From positions 3,136,001 to 3,200,000 of the forward strand of contig CM000208.1 of assembly GCA_000002445.1 (NCBI GenBank): 64,000 nt of DNA, given 5' to 3'. This document shows positions 1 through 8,097 of this stretch, piece after piece. How positions within the stretch are numbered: the first letter of the stretch is position 1; each line of letters starts with the position of its first letter. The notes below the pieces were generated by a model. It did no database searches, was not told the DNA's origin, and saw only the letters and a program-made list of their open reading frames with translations. The DNA is from Trypanosoma brucei. Lineage: Eukaryota. The translations under genes and the position numbers were made by a program.

Positions 1-1
1 T

Positions 2-868
2 GAGTGCCTCAGGATGCCCTGAAGTACGGGCCATTATTCCAGTGTGATGTGCCCAGCAGTTGAGGAACACAGCCGCGCGCTGAAGGGAGTTGCTATTGGA
101 AAATAGGTTGTGCAACTTGCGCAGATGAGTAGTCATGAGTGCGTCTTCCAGCACAAGATGACTGTAGTAGGGGTGTTTGCGGATGGCTGCTACGCTGGCG
201 ATGCGCCCTGATACAGATATTGGTTGGAAATGCAGATCCACGTGAAATACCTCGCGTCGCGTCGCGTTGCTGCTGTCCCTGAGAAAGACAATACGAATTA
301 TGTACTTCTCTTCATTAACCCAGCAGTCACCGAAGGGAACGCGCTGGATATCCCACCGTATATATTTTCGCCTTTGTCTCCCATCTTCCTTAACATCCGA
401 ACTACCGTCTCCATTTCTTCCACCTTCACTAGCCCCACCGTTTTTTCCTGTCTCCTCCTGAACCATACGCTTCGCATATTTACGTAGGAACCTCTCTACC
501 TTCAACAGAAACTCATGTCGCCGATCCAGATACAAACCAATCTGAACGTCTTTGAGTGAACACACCTCCTCCGGCACAGTGAGTACGAGATCCGCACCTA
601 CGCCACGTTTCAGTTGCGTTTCGTAGAAGGGCGTGGAGTGCACACACGTACGCAGTAGAAAGCTTCCTGCAGCCTGCACGGGGTCGGTTGCATTTTGTCC
701 TATTGGCTCAGAAACGCTATCGAGCGCCTGTGCACCCGTGCACGAAGCGGTGCTGTAGTTGTTCTTCTGGTAGAATTCATTTAAACATGCGTGCAGCTGC
801 CGCAACCGCAGTTCCACATGTCGTATGAGCTCCTCTGACCACTGCAGATGGTATGGCGTAGGGAGCAT
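2..868 (-). CDS. Partial CDS (N-terminal ~289 aa; the 3' end runs off the window start). Nrap/UTP22 (NOL6)-like nucleolar protein is possible.
   Basis: A minus-strand frame is open from the in-frame stop at 881-889 down to position 1, with no stop in ~290 codons. The first ATG is at 868..866. The translation begins MLPTPYHLQWSEELIRH and includes GSFLLRTCVHSTPFYETQLKRGVGADLVLTVPEEV...YLDRRHEFLLKVERFL, which resembles the N-terminal nucleotidyltransferase-like domain of Nrap/NOL6. This ORF is absent from the supplied track because it has no stop inside the window. An AG-rich tract at 890-1010 on the plus strand (poly-pyrimidine in the minus-strand RNA) lies just upstream of it. Confidence 0.5.
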   Translation of the reverse strand, partial: MLPTPYHLQWSEELIRHVELRLRQLHACLNEFYQKNNYSTASCTGAQALDSVSEPIGQNATDPVQAAGSFLLRTCVHSTPFYETQLKRGVGADLVLTVPEEVCSLKDVQIGLYLDRRHEFLLKVERFLRKYAKRMVQEETGKNGGASEGGRNGDGSSDVKEDGRQRRKYIRWDIQRVPFGDCWVNEEKYIIRIVFLRDSSNATRREVFHVDLHFQPISVSGRIASVAAIRKHPYYSHLVLEDALMTTHLRKLHNLFSNSNSLQRAAVFLNCWAHHTGIMARTSGHPEAL

Positions 869-1384
869 ACAGGCGGCACACTAAAACTAAGAAAGGCTGG
901 TCGCAAACCACAACAATGCAAGATTTGAAAGGGAAGACATGAGTACAAGTGCAGTGGCACGCCAAGATCTAAGTGAAACGAAGGCAACAGCAGTCAAGAA
1001 AAAAGGCACTGTTCCACATGCAATAGCTTTGTTCGTTCCCACCTGAAGGACAAAAGTCAACGTTACAAAAAGTGGCGGGTTTATGAACAACACACATATA
1101 CCCAATAAACTGAGGTTTGTAATTGCATATCGCCTACGATGTTGCCACCGGCTGCGTTCCACCGAATTGCATCGCCTCTTCATAATCGCAACGATACTGC
1201 AGTCCCTGCGCAACACGTGACATCTGGAGGCGAGCTACCGCTACGGTCCCGGAAACACCGTCGCACGAACAATAGGAAGGGTTCTAGCAACAACATGTCC
1301 TCACGACTTCCACAAAGTTCGAGAACACGCCGATAAGGGCGTCCTTCCTTTTCAAATACTTGGCTACACGCACCGCGCAGTGAA

Positions 1385-2542
1385 CTAAAGCTTCGTGACG
1401 TCTTTTCTTGCCCACACCTCCACACGCCCGTCCAGACCTGCTGTGGCAAAGAGCGGACGTTCCGTATCCGACAGCTTCTCAGCAGCACCAGGTCGGGGAT
1501 TCAGAGCAGTCAAACAACATACAAAATTAATAGTATTTTTGTGACGGCTACGCTCCTCCTCAAACATGTTTACTCTACCGACGCGCGCGTCCCCCTCAAA
1601 CTTCGCACGGGCTAACTGTTGGGTCGTTACTATCTCCTTTGCATGAGCCACAACCCACTTCCCTGTCATCCTCCACCCCCGTTCTTCCTCGAGTGCGAAA
1701 ATTACAGGGTAATAATCAAATCCACCACCAACTAGTTGATCCTCGTCAATAAACGCAAGCGCCCTCAGTGGCAGTATCGTCATATTTATTGTGTGTAGTG
1801 TTACTGCCTCCTTTCCTCCCTCCACTATTTCGGAATAAACGACATCGAGGACTGATACGCGGCTATCGTGTGTAGACACTGCGAGACGCTGACCCGAGGG
1901 CGTCCATGTTACGGCGTGCACCCACGCACTGAATTTCTTCTCAAAGTAAACATAACCAAACGGCCTGCTTTTGGTTGTATCAAGTTTCTTCATATATGTT
2001 GAAACGAGTAGTAGGTTACCGTCTGCACCACCTGATGCAAGAAGGGCATCGTCTGAAGGATGCGGGGCTAGCGCGGTGACAGTACTTGTGTGGCCGGTCA
2101 ACAAACGACATATCCACCACTGTTCACTACACTCAAAGCGTCCAACGGCGATGTTGGCGTCCGCAGACCCTACGTATATCTTGGACCCTGAGAAATTCCA
2201 CGCACAGCAAGTCAACCCACGTTTCACGCCAACGTCAAGCAACACCATCTGCGGCTTCCACTTCTCCTTACTATCACGGTACCACACGTACGCCATACGA
2301 TCGTGCGCACACGAAAGAATTTTGCCTGTAGTCCCGTGCCATGCGGTAGCGGACACTGATTGATCGTGCTGTTCCAGGGTAGCTTCAACTCCCCAAGTTG
2401 AGCAGTCGCTGATGTCATCGCACCGCACAATAACAAGTTGGTGGTTGTTTGGGGAAAAAATAGCCTCCGAAAAGTCACGGTTGAAGGAGAAAGCAACGAC
2501 CGGAGCCCCCAAAACGGTGTTTTTTTCTTTTTGAGGTCTCAT
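1385..2542 (-). CDS. ARPC1: Arp2/3 complex subunit ARPC1 (p41, WD40)
   Basis: WD40 protein with strong similarity to ARPC1 (DRMAYVWYRDSKEKWKPQMVLL...WNFSGSKIYVGSADANIAVGRFECSEQWWICRLL compared with human [21 protein letters not shown]...ENDWWVCKHI). The ATG-initiated start MRPQKEKNT is at 2542; the track ORF extends to 2794 through an upstream non-ATG start. Confidence 0.85.
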   Translation of the reverse strand: MRPQKEKNTVLGAPVVAFSFNRDFSEAIFSPNNHQLVIVRCDDISDCSTWGVEATLEQHDQSVSATAWHGTTGKILSCAHDRMAYVWYRDSKEKWKPQMVLLDVGVKRGLTCCAWNFSGSKIYVGSADANIAVGRFECSEQWWICRLLTGHTSTVTALAPHPSDDALLASGGADGNLLLVSTYMKKLDTTKSRPFGYVYFEKKFSAWVHAVTWTPSGQRLAVSTHDSRVSVLDVVYSEIVEGGKEAVTLHTINMTILPLRALAFIDEDQLVGGGFDYYPVIFALEEERGWRMTGKWVVAHAKEIVTTQQLARAKFEGDARVGRVNMFEEERSRHKNTINFVCCLTALNPRPGAAEKLSDTERPLFATAGLDGRVEVWARKDVTKL

Positions 2543-2639
2543 CGACGGTGCGCACACCGAGCAATCTCTCGGTGAAGCTCGGGTTACACCACCTCCTCTT
2601 CTGTTCCTATTACTGCTACCCTCTTCTACGGAGGGAAAG

Positions 2640-2790
2640 GCGGGTAAGCCCTGAGGAGTTACAGGACCGATACGTAAAAAAAAAACGGGAACAACAGGGG
2701 GTGCTGGTATCGATAAGTTGGTCAAAAGCATAAGACAACGGTACAAACCACAGGGGAATAGTGCTAAACTTCGCCACTGCTCTGAGAAGC
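2640..2790 (-). promoter_or_regulatory. Poly-pyrimidine tract (in minus-strand RNA) and probable SL trans-splice acceptor region for ARPC1
   Basis: Plus-strand AG-rich run (gagggaaaggcgggtaagccctgaggag...aaaaaaaaaacgggaacaacagggggtg...caaaccacaggggaatag) 100-250 nt upstream of the minus-strand ATG at 2542. Kinetoplastid trans-splicing needs a poly-Y tract followed by an AG upstream of each ORF. Confidence 0.5.
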
Positions 2791-2823
2791 ACATATTGTT
2801 ACAAAATATATCGATGAGTATAG

Positions 2824-5610
2824 TCAGACGCGCGACATCGATAGGGCAGGGTCAGTGACTAGGGATTTAACAGATACCACAGGTGGCCGCCAATCCGGGC
2901 TAGTTCGGGGGTTGTGATACGAAACACGGCGCAACCCAGCCTTCAGCCCCTGTAAACTGTCACGTGTGCCCTTCTTCGGACTTTGATCAGCGTCACCTCG
3001 CTGTAGGAGTTCCTTCTTAACATCCACGACAAACCTTCCACATTTCTCAAAGTTGGTCGAAACGAGAACAATTTGGCATTCTTGTTCAGCATATATTTTT
3101 GTAACGTTTTGGATATCCTTTCGAGCGAGATTCAGCGCGAGAGCCGCGCAGCGAGTGAATGTCCTCTTAACACCAATACCATAGCGGTCGCAGTCACGGC
3201 TCAGCGCAAGTTCTTCAGCGAGAGAAACCAAATGAATGACGTCCTGGTATTTCTGCAAAAAACGCAACAAGGCGGTGCGACGCGCCTGCTGTATTTGCCG
3301 TTTTTCGCCGCCACACTCACAATAAAGAGGGTCTGACAGCAGACGCACTGGGGTTGCCGCTGCTGCGGCGTTCACCCGCCTTCCTCCGCCGCGTTGCAGT
3401 GCTACAAGAGAAGAATATGGAATCACCACAGCCGAGTAAAAAGATACAAACGGAAGAAAATATTCTTCAATATTTGCGAGCACATCGGCTGCGAGCACAG
3501 CAATCGCAGCACCCTTAGGGACAAATGTGGGGGCTTGTGGGGCCATCGTGGTAAAAGAGTTCATACGTCGTTGCGCCACTCGAAGTAGCGGCCGTATGTA
3601 CGGTTCCAGTCGTGGGTCAACGCGTGGATCAACGCGCAGTTGCAGCAGTGCCAACTCCAACGCCTCACCATAAGCAGGATAAAGTGAAAGAACTTCCTTT
3701 TCCAGTTCCGGAGCAACTTCGCTTGTGCTCAGAGCGGTCCGTTGTGTATTGCATTTTTCCAGTAGAGTCTGTGGAACTGTGTTACCCACACAGGGATATC
3801 TCTCGAGCAAGCTTTTAATGGCCATTTCTTGCCAATCAAAAATGGAGAGCACCGTCGAAACTCCGACTGATTCTGCGCCCGCCGCCGCAATAAGATACGC
3901 GTAGGTTTGTGGCGTTGGAGCGATGTTGTACTTGGATTGCATGAGCTGTAAAACCTCTTGCGCGTCACGATGCGTAACAGCACAAGCAAGAACTGCGTGG
4001 AACGCACTGCGGGTGAGGGGAGCTCCTGCCTCCACTAAAACCTCGAGAGTTGTCCGCGCGTCGGAACCATACCCTGCACGGGCGTACGCCAGCAGCAAAT
4101 TAGTATATACCGCTGGTGTGAGTCCCCCCACTCCACACTGTTGCCGTGCCTCATGGTAAAACCCAAAGCCCATCGTCGGCTCCTGAGCACTTGCGCAGCA
4201 CGCGATGAGGGCTGCATACGTGTCTGGAGTTGGATCAAATCCCCCATCCCGGAGCTGGCGGTAGAGCGCGAGAGCGACCTCCAAACGGCGGGGGTTTTCT
4301 GATGCCCTACCTGCCGCTTCGATGAGAGCTGTGTACAGATCGACAGAAACGGGGACAACACGCGCAGCTTCGCTTTTTACAAGAAGCTCCTGCGTCATCG
4401 CAAAATCCGCTGTGTTACCACTGCAGCGGGCAAGAGCAACCAACGCAGCGGTAACATCATCTGCGGTAATGACAAAAGTGCCACATTCAGCATGCTGCAT
4501 GAAGCGTTGAAACAACGAGTGAGCAATATCGAACTTCCGTGTTTGCGCACAGCTCGTAATGGCCATGATGTGGTCTTCCGCACTCACAGCTATCAGGTGC
4601 TGCCGCAATTCCCCCTCCACACTTTCAACGACATTGTCTAACGCAAATGTTGTCTCTTCCACCACTGCTTTATGCACCCTTTGATGCGACGTACCTTTAG
4701 CTTTCCTTTCCCAGCCACCTTCCCGAATCACTTGACGATTTAATTTTTTTTCGATATGGTTATTTAAATCACTGAGAGCGATTATCTCTTCTAGGCATTC
4801 CACTGCAAGCGCGTACGCACCTGTTAAGCCGCAAACCACCAATAACGCCCTTCGTATTTCAACTGTTACAACGTCGGGGAGTGTCCACTTTAATAAATTT
4901 CCATTGTTTTCACCACAAGTGTACAAAGAGTTGTGCTGCTCCTCGGTGGTAGCACTCCAGTGACGCAGTCGCTGAGCCAACATCTCCACTTCACGCAACT
5001 CCCTTTGTAGTTCCCTCTCGCTGAGTACATCACCCAATGCAGATGCAGCCTCCGTTGCGTCCTTCAACATGCCGATCGCGCGACGCAGCACAGCCCGAAC
5101 GTCCAATACGTCGGAGAGGGACCTTGTCACACGATCAAGAACCTTTAACGCATCGTTTTGATCTTCACAACTTTGAACAACGTAACCCCCTTCTCCCGGA
5201 TTTTCTGCAAGTTGGGACTTCAGCCGGCCGACTTCATCGAGAAGGTCAGCGAGGACACGCAGGGGGTGAGGGGCACATGGCGCTGACATGAGAGCTACAA
5301 GACTCTCGAAATGCCCGTGCTGCACACGATAGAGATATGCTAAGGGAGAGGTGATACCTGTAGTAGAGCGACCACGCTCTCCGGGTACGCCATAGTTTAA
5401 AGAGCTCTTGTTTTCTGCGATCCTTGTAGTTTCTTTGATACTCGATGCAACATCCCGAGTCACGTTTTTAGGTTGTTTATGCGAACCGGACAACGGCTCA
5501 AGGGACTGGTCAAATACAGCAGGAAAATAACGGTGCTTGCGGGACAGAAGAAAAGCCTTTGTTGCAGTTACATCAAATGACTTTCCCCTCCTAAGAAGAG
5601 TCAGTGTCAT
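2824..5610 (-). CDS. Pentatricopeptide-repeat (PPR) protein, probably mitochondrial RNA-binding, with a ~180-aa non-PPR C-terminal domain
   Basis: The 928-aa protein has repeated 35-aa helical-hairpin motifs (TPDTYAALIACCASAQ..., TPAVYTNLLLAYARAGYGSDA..., TPQTYAYLIAAAG...). The ATG at 5610 was checked. The C-terminal segment (...KIYAEQECQIVLVSTNFEKCGRF...) is not PPR-like. Confidence 0.7.
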   Translation of the reverse strand: MTLTLLRRGKSFDVTATKAFLLSRKHRYFPAVFDQSLEPLSGSHKQPKNVTRDVASSIKETTRIAENKSSLNYGVPGERGRSTTGITSPLAYLYRVQHGHFESLVALMSAPCAPHPLRVLADLLDEVGRLKSQLAENPGEGGYVVQSCEDQNDALKVLDRVTRSLSDVLDVRAVLRRAIGMLKDATEAASALGDVLSERELQRELREVEMLAQRLRHWSATTEEQHNSLYTCGENNGNLLKWTLPDVVTVEIRRALLVVCGLTGAYALAVECLEEIIALSDLNNHIEKKLNRQVIREGGWERKAKGTSHQRVHKAVVEETTFALDNVVESVEGELRQHLIAVSAEDHIMAITSCAQTRKFDIAHSLFQRFMQHAECGTFVITADDVTAALVALARCSGNTADFAMTQELLVKSEAARVVPVSVDLYTALIEAAGRASENPRRLEVALALYRQLRDGGFDPTPDTYAALIACCASAQEPTMGFGFYHEARQQCGVGGLTPAVYTNLLLAYARAGYGSDARTTLEVLVEAGAPLTRSAFHAVLACAVTHRDAQEVLQLMQSKYNIAPTPQTYAYLIAAAGAESVGVSTVLSIFDWQEMAIKSLLERYPCVGNTVPQTLLEKCNTQRTALSTSEVAPELEKEVLSLYPAYGEALELALLQLRVDPRVDPRLEPYIRPLLRVAQRRMNSFTTMAPQAPTFVPKGAAIAVLAADVLANIEEYFLPFVSFYSAVVIPYSSLVALQRGGGRRVNAAAAATPVRLLSDPLYCECGGEKRQIQQARRTALLRFLQKYQDVIHLVSLAEELALSRDCDRYGIGVKRTFTRCAALALNLARKDIQNVTKIYAEQECQIVLVSTNFEKCGRFVVDVKKELLQRGDADQSPKKGTRDSLQGLKAGLRRVSYHNPRTSPDWRPPVVSVKSLVTDPALSMSRV

Positions 5611-5980
5611 GACTCACCGATTCAGTGTCTTGGGTACCATTTACAGCACCGATACATAAGCAGAATTGAAGAAGCACAAGGAGAGAAGACACAGCAATTC
5701 CACTGAAAACACGAAAAGAAGGGGCATATGCAGAGGCGGATTAATAACGTGTTTGTACCTGAGAAAATTAGTTTAGAAGATATGTAAGAAAAGAGGCTGC
5801 ACGCACTTGAACACACACGAGTCAGTTATTGGGTCCTGCGCATGCTCAAACACTGTCTGAAGTAAGAAGCGACTCGGCCACTTACTGCTCACCTCGAAGA
5901 CTACCTGAACTCTTTGATGCACGCGTATACATATATTTGTATCTTGTGTTATTTAGGGTTACTTGTCATCCTTCCCACAA

Positions 5981-7813
5981 TCAGAGTAAGTTCGCTAACA
6001 AGGGCATCAGCACCTCTCCCCAGTTCTCATCCCACGTTCCGGGCTCGTTTTGTGCCACCTGCCTTCTTTTTTCCAGTAAGGGTCCATTGGTCAGGATCAA
6101 CTGCTTCCACATAACTTGCCCTAGCTCTTCAGCATTGCTGAAAAACCAACCTCGTTTGTCATCTAGTAGTTCATGAAGTGATTTGTAACGTAGGGCTACA
6201 ACAGGAAGACCGGAGCCCAGCATGTCCACTGCTTTCATTGGCAGGTCCAGACCACTCGATGAGTTGTGCATACATAGTCCCACATCTGCTGCACCAAGCG
6301 CCATAGCATAATGCTTATACGACTGCATGTACATCGTTGTGACTACCACGAGTGAAGACAAGTGAGCTTCAGCGACAGCCATTTCAAACCGCTTGCGAGC
6401 TACACCCTTTCCTGTCACAAGGAGCCATACGGACTTCGACGCAGTTGGTTTGCTATCCTTACCCTGAGAGCACTCCTGAAGTTTTTCATCGACCTGTTTT
6501 AAAGCCTCCACCACCATCGTATAGTCATCGTCTGGTGTCCAACTTGTGGAAGCGACTATGAAGATGCCACGACTGTCAGTCGCAGCTGTAGATTGTAACA
6601 CCCAATCTGGCGGCAGTGAACACCCTATCACTTCCTCACCATCTTGGGAATGTGCACTCATGACGGGGCGAATCACCTCCTGCACGAAACGACTTCTTGG
6701 CACGAGACCAAAAAAAGATGGAGCACAGTCGTACATAACCCAGACGTCATCAACACGATTCGCCACCTTTGACTGCTTGCTGACATCTAACAAAGCCCTA
6801 CGCATTGCTTTGCTAACTGTAATGTTGCGATCACCGAAGCACAAATTACATTCAAGTAAGCGATACAACCACACCGCTACTGCCGGGCGCCCATCACTTC
6901 GCAGAACTGTGTAACCGAAGTTATGCCAGTCCACCACGAGAGCCGGGGACAGGACGAATTTCGGGCAGGAGTTGGAATTTGTGGGGCCCTTCTTCGTAGG
7001 ATTCTTCTCCACAGGTAGCTGCCGCTGACGTTGCAATTTTATACCCTCAGTGATCTCCTTGAGGGCGGTGCTTAACCACGAGCCTGTTAAAATGATACAG
7101 TAATAAGTTACGGCGTTGGCAACAAACGCACATGGTTGTACAATGTACTTCACCACCGGCACGAAGGGCACTGCAGGGGGCGATTGCATAAGAATAAGAT
7201 CCACTAACATCAACTGCCCACGACTATTTACAAACATCATTGACGCGCGGACGAGGACCCAAGTGAACACCACAGCACAAGCGCATGCACGGTAAAATGT
7301 AGATGCCAACCAGTGCAACTTTGGATGTGGGAACAAGATACGAAACCACAAGGGTGGAGTTATCGGAGGAATCAGATATGCCGTTTCGACGACACATTCG
7401 AACTTTTCTACGCTAGAATCGTCATAGGAGCCGTCTATATTTTTCTTTTTCTCCCTCAACTTGAGTTCTTCACTTAGACGATTCCCCATGTCGAAGCCAA
7501 CCAACACTACCTCCTGAAACATGCCACATTTCGCCAAACTTAAGGCATGGTACTGCATCCGAGGTGATCTGGCGAAGTCACCGCCAACAACAACTACCAC
7601 GCGGCGCAACACAGCCTTGCTATTCCGGTGTTGTGCACCCGTGGCCTTATCACCTCGGCTCTCTATCTCTGCGATATGTTCACGCGCTTGTTTCCATTTC
7701 TTGCGACCCGACTCAGCCCGTACCACCAATGACACGGTTATAGAAAACCAAATAGCAAGAAAACAAAACGTAGGAAATGATATTGTCCACACAAGATCAT
7801 CGTAGCTAAACAT
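5981..7813 (-). CDS. ALG1: ALG1 chitobiosyldiphosphodolichol beta-1,4-mannosyltransferase (GT33)
   Basis: An N-terminal TM anchor is followed by [22 protein letters not shown] (yeast FVLGDVGHSPRICYHAISFS). The C-terminal [25 protein letters not shown] corresponds to yeast [25 protein letters not shown]. The ATG at 7813 was checked. Confidence 0.85.
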   Translation of the reverse strand: [610 protein letters not shown]

Positions 7814-8097
7814 CCCTGGGTGATCTAAACTTTCCCTTGGGGAGAAACTTCATAAAATCCACAAATTCCGTGGAGGGTAAGAGTGAGGCAGGGGGCGGTA
7901 ACATTTTGAGGGTTAAGAGCGTGCCACAGCAATGAAGTATGTAAACGTGCCCCCAAACCGTAAGGGCAGTGTCGGTGGTACGCAAACATAAACGAAAAAC
8001 ACAGGGCGACGAGCGGTTAACCGCTTTCAAGGTGTTCCACGACGCCCTGGTAACGCCCTCACGGCATCACCGCCCACCAGTTTCTGCCTTCAAACAC

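Noticed and set aside
887-1216. Minus-strand 109-aa ORF in the same frame as, and directly upstream of, the Nrap-like partial gene.
   Set aside because: It is separated from the downstream ORF by in-frame stops at 881-889. It lies in the AG-rich (plus strand) intergenic tract and has a hydrophobic low-complexity translation. Most likely 5' UTR/intergenic.
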